From positions 6,609 to 70,608 of the forward strand of contig DASZVA010000014.1 in assembly GCA_035547395.1 (NCBI GenBank): a stretch of 64,000 nucleotides of DNA, written 5' to 3'. Below the pieces are notes generated by a model that was not told the origin of the DNA, made no database searches, and worked only from the letters and a program-made list of their open reading frames with translations. Origin of the DNA: Candidatus Peribacteraceae bacterium. Lineage in GTDB: Bacteria > Patescibacteriota > Gracilibacteria > Peribacterales > Peribacteraceae. Made by a program: the position numbers and the translations under genes. Below are positions 1 through 9,280 of the stretch, piece by piece (position 1 is the stretch's first letter; each line of letters opens with the position of its first letter).

Positions 1-1404
1 ACTGAAAAAGGATCGGCAAAGAAAGCGGGTAACCGTCCTGTGTTCGATAAGATGCTCTCTCTTATTCGCAAAGGAGAGATCGATGGAATCATTAGCTGGC
101 ATCCTGACCGTCTCTCGCGAAACATGCTCGAAGGCGGAATCATCATCGATCTCATCGATGAGGGGAAGATCAATGACCTAAAGTTCTGTACCCATCATTT
201 TGACAACACGGCAGCAGGAAAGATGATGCTCGGCATCCTGTTCGCCATCTCGAAGGAATACACAGATCGGTTGAGCGTGAACGTGTCGCGTGGTCTCGGG
301 ACGAATCTTGAAAAGGCTATTTCACAGGGTAGTTACAAGTGGGGATACATTCGCAATGAAGACGGCTATTACGATCAGCATCCAACGTTCTTCCCGATTG
401 TGCAGCGCTTGTGGCAGATGAGACTTCAAGGTGATTCGTTCGATGACATTCTAAAATGGCTGTCGAAGATGGACTGTAAGCGTACAGTAGAGAAGAAAGA
501 TGATGAAGGGCGCAAGATTATCAATACCTATACGATTTCGCGCTCGGGCCTCACTCGTATTTTCCGTGATCCACTCTATTACGGTGTCTTACGCCAAGCC
601 CAGAAAGGTAAGGTTTTTCTGAAAGCAATCGATGACTTCTATTCAGACTTCAAGCCAATGGTAACAGAGGCACAGTGGCAGGAAGTACAGAGTATGGGTC
701 GCAGTAAAGTGAAGTTGAAGACGAAGCAGCAATTCCCTTTTCGAGGTGATCTTATTCACTGCGAGTGTGGTGCATCGTGTTATCCAACAACGGGCAAGGA
801 CTATTTGTACATCGTATGTAGGGCAGGGGCTGCTCATCGTAAGAAGAAAGAACCATATCGTCTCCGCATGAAAATTGTTATGGAAGCTGTAGCAGAACTT
901 CTAAAGCAAGATTTCAAACCTTCTAAGGTCAATTATGAACGCTACGTAGCAGTTATGCGCCGCGCCATCGACAGTGACCTTACCGACGTTCGCAAACAAC
1001 GTAGCGCCCTTACAGCGCGAAAGGAGAAGACACAGAAGGCATTGGAAGATTTGATTCTTGCTGCGATGGGCTTCGTCAAAGGTGAAAAGCGGATGAGTGA
1101 GACGGAGGAACGGGTATATGAGCGACGGAAGTTCTCACTGGAATCCGAAATCAAACAATGCGACGACGATCTCGCGACACTTAAACATGATGGACTATTA
1201 CAGACGTTCGATTATGAAGAGTTTTCCAACTTCCTTCGAAGTGCTGATCTGTATTGGAAAAGAGCTGATGCTGATCAGAAACACGCGCTAGCGCGATTTC
1301 TCTTTTCCAACATCCAGATAGGAGGCGGAAAAGTGCTTACCATAGCTTACAAACCGCTCATCAAGGATTTGTTTGTTCTAGATGGTGGGTCAGGTGGGAC
1401 TTGA
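1..1404 (+). CDS. large serine recombinase, 5'-truncated by the window edge
   Basis: Frame 1 is open from nt 1, so the track's GTG at 40 is internal. It has the resolvase-core motif ...GEIDGIISWHPDRLSRN..., a recombinase domain, a Cys-rich zinc-ribbon-like stretch (HCECGASCYPTTGKDYLYIVCRAG) and a coiled-coil C-terminus. The stop TGA at 1402-1404 lies inside tRNA-Lys. Confidence 0.85.
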   Translation, partial: TEKGSAKKAGNRPVFDKMLSLIRKGEIDGIISWHPDRLSRNMLEGGIIIDLIDEGKINDLKFCTHHFDNTAAGKMMLGILFAISKEYTDRLSVNVSRGLGTNLEKAISQGSYKWGYIRNEDGYYDQHPTFFPIVQRLWQMRLQGDSFDDILKWLSKMDCKRTVEKKDDEGRKIINTYTISRSGLTRIFRDPLYYGVLRQAQKGKVFLKAIDDFYSDFKPMVTEAQWQEVQSMGRSKVKLKTKQQFPFRGDLIHCECGASCYPTTGKDYLYIVCRAGAAHRKKKEPYRLRMKIVMEAVAELLKQDFKPSKVNYERYVAVMRRAIDSDLTDVRKQRSALTARKEKTQKALEDLILAAMGFVKGEKRMSETEERVYERRKFSLESEIKQCDDDLATLKHDGLLQTFDYEEFSNFLRSADLYWKRADADQKHALARFLFSNIQIGGGKVLTIAYKPLIKDLFVLDGGSGGT

Positions 1405-1458
1405 ACCCACGACCAATTGCTTAAGAGGCAACTGCTCTACCAACTGAGCTACTGACCC
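1383..1458 (-). tRNA. tRNA-Lys (anticodon CTT), CCA encoded
   Basis: The reverse complement folds as a cloverleaf: GGGTCAG-TA-GCTC/AGTTGGTA/GAGC-A-GTTGC/CTCTTAA/GCAAT-TGGTC-GTGGG/TTCAAGT/CCCAC-CTGACCC-A-CCA. Confidence 0.93.
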
Positions 1459-1509
1459 ATGAAGTGAAGGATACGGATGTATCACTAACCCAATCGAGCG
1501 AATTTCATT

Positions 1510-1555
1510 CTCTACGGAACCGCAAACGGTTCCGAGGCGACTGAGCTACTGACCC
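1510..1555 (-). pseudogene. 5' fragment of tRNA-Lys with a hairpin replacing the D-loop
   Basis: A 16-nt ACTGAGCTACTGACCC (1540-1555) is identical to 1443-1458. In minus-strand sense it reads GGGTCAGTAGCTCAGT, then CGCCTC, then the perfect hairpin GGAACCG-TTTG-CGGTTCC (1516-1533), then GTAGAG. No anticodon arm or T-arm follows. Confidence 0.6.
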
Positions 1556-1650
1556 GTGAATCCAAAGAACAATCGACGAAAGGCCGTCGAAAGTAGAGAA
1601 AGAATACCAAACAATCCGCACATGGCAACTCTGCTTTTCCCATAATCAAA

Positions 1651-3513
1651 TCACATCTTCACCGCAATATACCCATCCGGCAGCTTGAGCGTCTTGCTGT
1701 CTTTATCCCAATAGAAATAAATGCCGAGGTCCGGCTGATACCAGATGTTTTCAGTGTGATAATCGGAGCAGGTGCGCGGGAGTCCGCGCGAATCGCGGTC
1801 GGGGTTGTTCTTGATAATCTGATACGGAATGTTGTTTGAGCGAACGCAGACGTTCCAGAGCGCATTGTGTGAGACCGGCCCCGTGTCATCAATCGGAAAC
1901 GCGATGACGGCATGATCGGATTTCTGTACTTGCACGGTGGGCTTGGGAGGATTGCACAGATGCGAGTCGTGCATCGCTGTTTCGATAACCGAGACATCGA
2001 CTCCCGTAATGCCCGCGATCTGCTGCGCGGTCCACTGCCACGTGCCAGTGTCGCTCTCGGCAGCAATACTGCGTTCCACGGAGCAGAGAAGATCTTTTGT
2101 CTGCGCATCAAGTGGCGCTTTCCCCGTACCTCCAAATCCCGCAGTTGCGATACCCGTCGGCTGATCTGTGGTTGCCGCCAGAAAATGCACGATGCCGCCG
2201 ATGACGTTGGTCTGATGCCCGCGTCTGCTTGCCTCGTTTCCAGTGTTCGTAGAGGAATCACTTGCTGAGGCCGATGCAACGGGTGCGCTCGGTTCCGGTC
2301 CGAACAACCAGAAGAGCAGTTGCTGCACCTCCGGACATACGCCCTGCCCGAGCGGACAGATGCCCATCGCGACCGTCTGCACGCCGATACGCGTGAGCCC
2401 GGTATCGAGCGCATGCGTATCCAGATTGCCGTTGTACGATCCGGACTCCGTCGTCGTGCCGTCCGTGAAAATGTAGGTCGGCTGCGTGTTGTTCTGGCGC
2501 TGAATGCAGAGCCCCTTCGAGACATCGCATACCTGTGACACGTTGATGTCACTGACCGGTTGAATGGCTTGAGCCGTATTCACGACCGTCGCCGCGCTGC
2601 CCGTGACTGCTGCATTCTGTACCGATCCTCCTGATTGATCGACAACGACGTTATTTGCCGCCTGCGCGCTCACCACCTGCTGCGCGAGCGTCTGCAAGAG
2701 GGGATACAGGTCCTGCAGACAAAGCCCCGTGCTGACGGAACATTTCTGCGCGATGGAGACAACTGTCGTCGGCGTCACCACCTGCGCGGCCGCGACATTT
2801 GTTTGCGCGTTCACATTGATGTTTGCATTTTGCACGGCACCGGATCCGGACGTTTGCCGGATACCGGTGTCGTTCTCCGAGTTAGCATTGATGATCTGCT
2901 GCGCGATGGTCGAGACGACCGGGATCGCGCTCTGCACGCATGCGCCGACGCCGGATGCGCAGTTTTGCGCGATGGCTAGTGCCACGGTTGGCGCGACGAT
3001 CTGTGCGGCATTCACGGTTGTGCTGCTGGTACCGCTCAGCGCCGCCGTCTGTGATCCGGATGCCGATGTCTGTGATACGACGAGAAGATTCGAGGAGCTG
3101 GCCGTGACTTGCTGCGTTGCGATGTTGGTGATTGTCGGTGATCCCTGCTGCACGCACACTTTTCCCGTACCGGCCGAGCAGTTTTGATCAACGCCGACAT
3201 TCGTATTCGTAGCGAAAACCTGATTGGAGTTCACGTTCGTCACCGCACTTCCACTCGCATCGGCATGTTGCGTCGCGCCGGATCCGGAAGTCTGATCGAT
3301 GACTGTCGTATTGCCGCTCTGTGCATCGATGGATGTTGTACTCGAATTGAGAATCGATCCGGTCATCGTATCTCCCGATGCGGCAATCGCGTCATTCAAA
3401 AACGGAGAACATGCGATGCTGAGAGCGCACACGGACGCACAGAGACGGCCAAAGCGATTCGCTGTCATGATGAATACGGTGAAGGAGGCAAAGGGGGACG
3501 GAACATCCGTCAT
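1651..3513 (-). CDS. secreted repeat protein (Q/N/S/T-rich ~55-60 aa repeats, each closed by a Cys-x5-6-Cys loop) plus a C-terminal globular domain
   Basis: 620-aa ORF. A signal-peptide-like N-terminus appears if translation starts at the internal ATG 3468 (MTANRFGRLCASVCALSIACSPF...). At least four repeats follow the pattern ..DQ(T)SGSG..Q.A......VN..Q......V...QNC..G.G.C.Q. No family was recognised for the C-terminal ~230 aa. Confidence 0.7.
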   Translation of the reverse strand: MTDVPSPFASFTVFIMTANRFGRLCASVCALSIACSPFLNDAIAASGDTMTGSILNSSTTSIDAQSGNTTVIDQTSGSGATQHADASGSAVTNVNSNQVFATNTNVGVDQNCSAGTGKVCVQQGSPTITNIATQQVTASSSNLLVVSQTSASGSQTAALSGTSSTTVNAAQIVAPTVALAIAQNCASGVGACVQSAIPVVSTIAQQIINANSENDTGIRQTSGSGAVQNANINVNAQTNVAAAQVVTPTTVVSIAQKCSVSTGLCLQDLYPLLQTLAQQVVSAQAANNVVVDQSGGSVQNAAVTGSAATVVNTAQAIQPVSDINVSQVCDVSKGLCIQRQNNTQPTYIFTDGTTTESGSYNGNLDTHALDTGLTRIGVQTVAMGICPLGQGVCPEVQQLLFWLFGPEPSAPVASASASDSSTNTGNEASRRGHQTNVIGGIVHFLAATTDQPTGIATAGFGGTGKAPLDAQTKDLLCSVERSIAAESDTGTWQWTAQQIAGITGVDVSVIETAMHDSHLCNPPKPTVQVQKSDHAVIAFPIDDTGPVSHNALWNVCVRSNNIPYQIIKNNPDRDSRGLPRTCSDYHTENIWYQPDLGIYFYWDKDSKTLKLPDGYIAVKM

Positions 3514-3555
3514 AACCGTAGACGGCGAACGCGGCCCGCTCTGTACGACGGCGAT

Positions 3556-4116
3556 TTATTTCACATACACATACACGCCGTTTTCGGCTTCTGCATAAGC
3601 AATATCCGGCATCTTAAAACAGTGAGACACGACGCGCGTGCCGGCTTTGAGCTGGGGCCAGATCTTCTCCTGAAATTCCTTCATCGTGTGCGTGAGCAGA
3701 TAGCAAAAGATCACGTCGGCGTCGTCGTAGGATTGTTTCCAGAAATTACCGAAACGCGGGACCGCATCGCGCATGTTGCGCGTTCTGAACCACGCGAGCA
3801 GATACGTCGGGTACGAAAACTCATATCCGATCGCATGCGCGCCTTTCTTTGCCGCTTCAATCAGAAGCCGCCCGTCTCCACACCCCAGATCATACACAGT
3901 CTGTCCTTCCTTCACTTTCGCCAGCTTCATCATCGTGTTCATGATTTTCTGCGGCGTCGGTACGAACGGCGGGCTGCGGCGGAAAATCAACCAGAGACCG
4001 GGCAGTGAAAACAGCTCGATGACGAGGAGCGCCGCCATCACCTTCACGTTCATGAGCGTCAGACCGCTGACAAAGAGAACGAGGAGGAATCCGAGCAGTA
4101 AAAAAACTTCCAGCAT
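3556..4116 (-). CDS. membrane-anchored class I SAM-dependent methyltransferase (FAM173/ATPSCKMT-like)
   Basis: N-terminal TM segments are followed by PFVPTPQKIM and motif I VYDLGCGDGRLLIEAAKKG. It is about 186 aa. Confidence 0.7.
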   Translation of the reverse strand: MLEVFLLLGFLLVLFVSGLTLMNVKVMAALLVIELFSLPGLWLIFRRSPPFVPTPQKIMNTMMKLAKVKEGQTVYDLGCGDGRLLIEAAKKGAHAIGYEFSYPTYLLAWFRTRNMRDAVPRFGNFWKQSYDDADVIFCYLLTHTMKEFQEKIWPQLKAGTRVVSHCFKMPDIAYAEAENGVYVYVK

Positions 4117-4844
4117 TACTGATCCTTGGCAGGCTTGATGGTCGCGAGCAGCTGTTTGGTACGCGCGTCTGCCGCGGTCTTCTCATCGGCGCTCAGCTTC
4201 GACTGCACTTGTGCAAGGACCGTCGGAGCCTGGGTATCACCCTCCTGCGCGGCGATCGAGAACCAGGCGTACGCATCAAGATTGTTGAGGGCCGTTCCCT
4301 GTGCTTTTGCGTACATGACTCCGAGATTGAATGCCGCTTCCGAGAATCCCTGCTCTGCGGACTGCTTGAAAAGCGTGAGTGCCTGCGCGTAATCCTGCTT
4401 CACGCCGTCCCCGCTGTAGTAGAGAACGCCAAGGTTGTATTGCGCACGTTCGTTGCCCGCAGCCGATGCCTTCTTGAACCAGGCGACCGCGCTGTCGACG
4501 TTCTTCGGGACATCGGTTCCCTGATAATACTCCGTCGCCAGATCGAACTGAGCCTTTGCATTGCCGGCCTCCGCGGACTTGGTCAGGTAATCCATTCCTT
4601 TGGAGACGTCTTTTTGAATGCCGTTTCCCTGCAGATAAATGATGCCGAGAGAAAATTCCGCATCACTGTCTCCCTTGGCGGCAGCGGCTTCGAGCTGGGT
4701 CATCGTCACCACGGAAGACGCCGACGAGCTGAGCCCGCCGGAACCCGACATGGTGGAACCGCTTCCCGACGGAGGCTGCGTCTGCTGCGAACAGGCGGCG
4801 AGAAGAACGGGCAGGACGAGTAAAAGAAAGGTGCGAGGCTTCAT
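4116..4844 (-). CDS. Sel1-like repeat (SLR/TPR-type) lipoprotein
   Basis: It has a signal peptide with lipobox LLAAC and at least four Sel1-type repeats (e.g. AEFSLGIIYLQGNGIQKDVSKGMDYLTKSAEAGNAKAQFDLATEYYQG). Confidence 0.8.
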   Translation of the reverse strand: MKPRTFLLLVLPVLLAACSQQTQPPSGSGSTMSGSGGLSSSASSVVTMTQLEAAAAKGDSDAEFSLGIIYLQGNGIQKDVSKGMDYLTKSAEAGNAKAQFDLATEYYQGTDVPKNVDSAVAWFKKASAAGNERAQYNLGVLYYSGDGVKQDYAQALTLFKQSAEQGFSEAAFNLGVMYAKAQGTALNNLDAYAWFSIAAQEGDTQAPTVLAQVQSKLSADEKTAADARTKQLLATIKPAKDQ

Positions 4845-4873
4845 AGTAAGGCGAAGTCTAGCACCACCCGGAC

Positions 4874-6226
4874 TCAGAGCGAAGCGATATCGCTGCCCGT
4901 TTCGTTGAGCGTTTCCAGCTCGGCTTTTCCGCGCGGGACCGGATACTGCGACGCGAGGGTACGGGGAAGCGCGTTATAGCGCGAGACAATATCGACATTC
5001 TGAACGCGCCCGTCGGCGTACTGCACGCTTTCTTTCCAGCCGATTTCGTTGATATGAAGCGCACTGCCGTCAAACAGAAGCGTCTGCGATGCGGTCTTTC
5101 CAAAATACGGTCCGTCGAGCGCGACGCGTCTGCCGTCCGGCACGCCGTAGAAATCCACGTACGCATCGTCGCCGTCGTTGCGGGCAAGTATCACGATGGG
5201 GTTGCCCGTGTCATCGGCAATCTTCAAATCCTGCGCGGGCGCCATTACGGTTGCATCTATTCCGACGCCGTAGTCCTGATAATGGGATACATACAGGCTG
5301 TGATTCGCGCGGACCGGGACCGGCAGACCCGCAAGCACCGCTGCGCGGAACGTCGTGGTCGCCGCCTGGCAAATGCCGCCGCCGGGAGCCTCAACCAGAT
5401 CGCCGCCGTTGACGATCACAAGAGAGTTGTACCAGCCGTCGCCGTCGGCGAGAGCGGCATTGAATGAAAAAACATGATCGGACCGCATCACGGCGCCGTT
5501 GAGCAGTGACAACGCTTTGACGACGTTCGCGCTGCGCCCCGGAGTGGAACCGGCAAAATTGGACCGGCCGGTCGAGAGTTTCGTCAGTTTTTGGATTCCG
5601 TTGTCCGTCTGCACGTACAGAAATCCGGGATCGTACGCGACGGGAACTGTAACGGAGACATTGCGTGCGTTGATCGCTTTCGCGATGCGCGACGCCGCAT
5701 CGATCGTATTGATGGTGAATCCCGCATGGGGCATTCCGCTGACGATCAGCCGGTTCGGATTATTGCCGCCCCGCAACGCAGACGCGTCCTCCGCGCGAGG
5801 GAAAGATGCCGGAAGCGCGGACTCGATGGCATTGGCAATTTGTTTTTCATCGAGAGCAAATGCGATCGATGAGCGGTCGACCTGCATGGCGATCCATTCC
5901 GGATGATCGGCTAATCGCAGCGTCCATGCGGCGGGCGCACCGGATGCATTCTGGTCGTCGCTTTGAAAGGAAACAGTGATCAACGTCCTGAGCAAACGGT
6001 CACGCAGGCGCATCGCGGACACGACGTTGTCGATGGGAATCGCAACGTGCATGTCCCGCTCGATGCGGGCTTGCAGCCGGACGGCAACGGCGCCAGGTGC
6101 TTCATTCGCCTGCACGAACGCAGGCAAAGAAGGACTCGGCAGCGTCGCGATGCCGAACGCGGACGTCAGCAAAAACGTGATGAAGGCGAGAAGGGGTGGC
6201 ACGCGTCTCATGGGGTATCGCATCAT
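4874..6226 (-). CDS. VanW-domain protein (secreted or membrane-anchored)
   Basis: An N-terminal hydrophobic anchor is followed by the VanW core GGGICQAATTTFRAAVLAGLPVPVRANHSLYVSHY. It is a paralog of the next gene. Confidence 0.75.
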   Translation of the reverse strand: MMRYPMRRVPPLLAFITFLLTSAFGIATLPSPSLPAFVQANEAPGAVAVRLQARIERDMHVAIPIDNVVSAMRLRDRLLRTLITVSFQSDDQNASGAPAAWTLRLADHPEWIAMQVDRSSIAFALDEKQIANAIESALPASFPRAEDASALRGGNNPNRLIVSGMPHAGFTINTIDAASRIAKAINARNVSVTVPVAYDPGFLYVQTDNGIQKLTKLSTGRSNFAGSTPGRSANVVKALSLLNGAVMRSDHVFSFNAALADGDGWYNSLVIVNGGDLVEAPGGGICQAATTTFRAAVLAGLPVPVRANHSLYVSHYQDYGVGIDATVMAPAQDLKIADDTGNPIVILARNDGDDAYVDFYGVPDGRRVALDGPYFGKTASQTLLFDGSALHINEIGWKESVQYADGRVQNVDIVSRYNALPRTLASQYPVPRGKAELETLNETGSDIASL

Positions 6227-6256
6227 AAGACGGAAACGGAAAAAAATCCCGACAGA

Positions 6257-7609
6257 TTATTGGTTGCCGGGACGCAGATCTGTTGGCGTGCCATCATGCA
6301 GGATCGCGATGCCCACCGGTTGCGCGTACTGATTTTTCACGCTGCGCGGGAATCCTTTGTAGTAGCTGCCGATGAACGCCTGCGTCTTTTGCGAACCGTC
6401 GCTGTGCTTCACCGTGTAGACCCAGCCGACTTCATCCCATGCTACCGGACGCAATGCAGCGGGACGAGGGCTTTTGGTCGTGTTGAAGTACGGCCCGTCG
6501 AGCGCCACCGTGCGCCCGTCCGGAACGCCGTACACGTTCACGATAACCGTGGTGCCGTTGATGTACGACTGGAAGACCAGATCGTCGGGCGTGTCGTTTT
6601 GGAACCGCAGATCGTGGAATCCCGGGAAGACCGTCGCATCCAATCCCGCGCCGTATACGGCGTAATGCGGCACCCATTCGCTGTGGTTGCGGCGTTCGAG
6701 AATGGGAAGTCCCGCAAGAAGCGCGGTGCGGAAGACCGTCGTCGCTGCCTGACAGATGCCGGCACCCGGCGTCATCGCGGCTCCCCCTCCAAACAGCCCC
6801 AGCTCCATCTTCCAGCCTTTGTCGAGCGTCACGGGCCCGCCCAGCGTCGAGACAAAGGAAAATTTTTCACCCGGCTTCACGACGACATTATTCACACGCT
6901 CGTCGATGGCCTTGTGCACGTTCCAGATGCGGTCGACGGGGGAATCCGAATCATCCGACACGCCCGCGCCGAGCAACTGCAGCGTATGCATCCTGCCGTC
7001 ATCCTCTTTGATTCGAATGGTCGCTTTTTCGTAGGCCGCCTTCACAGACACCTGATCGTTTCCATAGGCGAAGGCATTCGCGATATTCGTCGCAAGCGCG
7101 CCGGAGTCGTAGGCAAAACCGTCGCTGGCAAGCTCGCTCGTATCCGCGCGATTCACGTACCCGTCGTTGTGCGTCGACAGAATCACCGGTGATACGACTG
7201 CCTGGGATCCGCTGAACGCATTGTGCACGATCAATGATTGGAGCACTTTTTGATCGAGCACGTAGTTGGCAAACGTCTGCGAGTAGTTGAGCTTGAGAAG
7301 CTCCGGATGTTTCGAGAGATCGATCGTCCAGTGGAAGGGTGCAATGTCCGGCCTGTTCGTCGGCTTTACGTTCACGGTGATCGTGCGCTGGAGCATCTGA
7401 TCCTTCTGTTGCAGCGTGCTCAGTAAAATGCCGACTTCCGATGCATCGGCGCCCGTTCCCGCCGACATCGCCGCACTGAGACTCGGTGCCGCGCCATGCA
7501 GGGGCTGCAAGCGAGGGGTAATGAAAATTGACAAACTGAATATCGAAAGCGCAGTAGCAAACGCAGCAGGAAGTATCCAATGTTTGTATTTGAGTGTGTT
7601 TGTATTCAT
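6257..7609 (-). CDS. VanW-domain protein (tandem paralog)
   Basis: VanW core GAGICQAATTVFRTALLAGLPILERRNHSEWVPHY. It has the same 450-aa length and architecture as 4874-6226. Confidence 0.75.
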   Translation of the reverse strand: MNTNTLKYKHWILPAAFATALSIFSLSIFITPRLQPLHGAAPSLSAAMSAGTGADASEVGILLSTLQQKDQMLQRTITVNVKPTNRPDIAPFHWTIDLSKHPELLKLNYSQTFANYVLDQKVLQSLIVHNAFSGSQAVVSPVILSTHNDGYVNRADTSELASDGFAYDSGALATNIANAFAYGNDQVSVKAAYEKATIRIKEDDGRMHTLQLLGAGVSDDSDSPVDRIWNVHKAIDERVNNVVVKPGEKFSFVSTLGGPVTLDKGWKMELGLFGGGAAMTPGAGICQAATTVFRTALLAGLPILERRNHSEWVPHYAVYGAGLDATVFPGFHDLRFQNDTPDDLVFQSYINGTTVIVNVYGVPDGRTVALDGPYFNTTKSPRPAALRPVAWDEVGWVYTVKHSDGSQKTQAFIGSYYKGFPRSVKNQYAQPVGIAILHDGTPTDLRPGNQ

Positions 7610-7697
7610 AACGTTTTATTATAACATTTTTTTGTTATTTTTGCAATACTCAAATGGGAGGGCATCGACCTCCCGTCGTTCCAAGAATATGCGTCGA

Positions 7698-9152
7698 TTA
7701 ACCGCGAACTTTTCTCTGCAGCAATGCCATGCCGAGTGCTGCTGGCGCGATCAGTATCAGCGCAAGCAGATCATACGCCGCTCCGGTGGTGGGCAGCGTC
7801 CCGACAACGTTAGCCGTCGCAACGGTCACTTTTTCGTTCAGGGTCGCGGTCGCAACATCGGTGCCGTTCAGCGTCGCGACGTTGTTGATGGCCGTACCGT
7901 TCGCGATGCCCGGGTTCACCTTCATGGAGTACGTCGTCTTCCAGACCTGTCCGGGTTGCAGAGTGGGTAGCGTCCACTGTAGCTGTCCGGCCGCCGCGCT
8001 GCCGTTACCCGCATCGGCTACGGACATCAGGGACGGATCAAAGCGGTCGGTGATCACCGCATTGTGAATGACGTTGAGCAGAATGTTCTGAACGTAGAGC
8101 GTATACTTGATCGTGCCGCCGGGAACGACTTCAGACGAATCGGCAACCTTGCGGAAGAGCACGCTGCGGGAAGGATTCACGGAAGAAGATGACGCGGACG
8201 ACGCGCTTCGCACGGATGACCGGGACGATGAACTTGCCGCAGTGCCGTAGGGAACTACCGTCGTGGTGTCATTGGCTGTCGTACCGTCGACGTTCGCCTG
8301 CGCGGTAATAGAGGTGTAGGCCGTGACGCGCTTGTTGATCGTCGCGTCGATGGTAAACAGCTTCTGTTCATTGCCGGCAAACGACACGTTGCTCCACGTA
8401 ATGGACGGATACGATACGGTCGAGGGGGGATTGGTATCGTCGATCGCAACCTGTCCGGACAGCGATACTTTGACATCCGCGTGTTCCGTAAACGTATTCA
8501 TATTTTTGACCGCCACGATGTACGTCAGCTGATCGCCGGGATTGGCGGACGTTTTATTGTCCGTGATCGAGATCAGAAAAGGATGAGATCCCGTTGTGCC
8601 GCTCTGCACGATCGTCGTATCGGTCGCCTGATCATTGCCGGCCTGCGCCTTCGCGACGAGCTGGGTGTTCTGCGGAATGTTCGGCTGAAGGTTGATGCTC
8701 ACCGTCAGCACCTTGGCCGTGTTCTGCGTGAGCCCGACGTTATCCCACAAAATCAGGTTGCCCACCTGTTTGCCGCTGTCGCTGGGCGTCGCTGTATTCA
8801 CATAAGAAGGAAGCGTCAGCGAAACATCCACCGTCTTGGACGGACTCACGCTCTGCTGCACCGTTACCGCATAGGTGAGATAGGCACCCGGAGCCACATG
8901 ATCCTGACCGTCGGTCACGCCGACCGTCACGCCGTCTTGAACGGAACTGCTGCTTGAGCTGGAACTGCTCGATGCCGCCGAAGCGATGGGGGCCGCGAAA
9001 AGGGAGAAAACAACGGCAAGGCTGCCGATGCCGCGAATCGTGGAGACGGACACGTGCGTCACAAAGGGGGTGGGAAATTGAAAAAAGGAAGCAGTTATAC
9101 CATGCCGTACCCGCAATGTCAATAATTCATAACATACCGTGAATTTTGTCAA
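7698..9152 (-). CDS. sortase-anchored surface protein with DUF11-type repeat domains
   Basis: The C-terminus reads LPTTG, then a hydrophobic helix, then a basic tail (LQRKVRG). Three DUF11-like repeats are present (GAYLTYAVTVQ, GDQLTYIVAVKN, GGTIKYTLYVQN), joined by Ser-rich linkers. The true start is uncertain and may lie downstream of 9152. Confidence 0.75.
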   Translation of the reverse strand: MTKFTVCYELLTLRVRHGITASFFQFPTPFVTHVSVSTIRGIGSLAVVFSLFAAPIASAASSSSSSSSSSVQDGVTVGVTDGQDHVAPGAYLTYAVTVQQSVSPSKTVDVSLTLPSYVNTATPSDSGKQVGNLILWDNVGLTQNTAKVLTVSINLQPNIPQNTQLVAKAQAGNDQATDTTIVQSGTTGSHPFLISITDNKTSANPGDQLTYIVAVKNMNTFTEHADVKVSLSGQVAIDDTNPPSTVSYPSITWSNVSFAGNEQKLFTIDATINKRVTAYTSITAQANVDGTTANDTTTVVPYGTAASSSSRSSVRSASSASSSSVNPSRSVLFRKVADSSEVVPGGTIKYTLYVQNILLNVIHNAVITDRFDPSLMSVADAGNGSAAAGQLQWTLPTLQPGQVWKTTYSMKVNPGIANGTAINNVATLNGTDVATATLNEKVTVATANVVGTLPTTGAAYDLLALILIAPAALGMALLQRKVRG

Positions 9153-9280
9153 ATGGAGAAAAAGACGAGAATTCGTTCATCATGCCCCTCTCATTGCGTC
9201 TCTAGTTAGGAAGATGCGGGCATCCCGGGCCTCCTTCTTTCTCCTTATCCTTTCCTTTTATTTCTTTCCCCCTTCTTCCT

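Noticed and set aside
5963-7192. Long ORFs antisense to, or out of frame with, real genes. Examples are 5963-7192, 13281-13979, 13989-14681, 17124-18194, 22082-22948, 24275-24991, 25488-26492, 29617-30831, 45678-47063, 51520-52794 and 57159-58055.
   Set aside because: Each lies entirely within a gene that has clear family motifs on the other strand or frame. Their products are Arg/His/Asp-rich low-complexity strings typical of shadow ORFs in GC-rich coding DNA.
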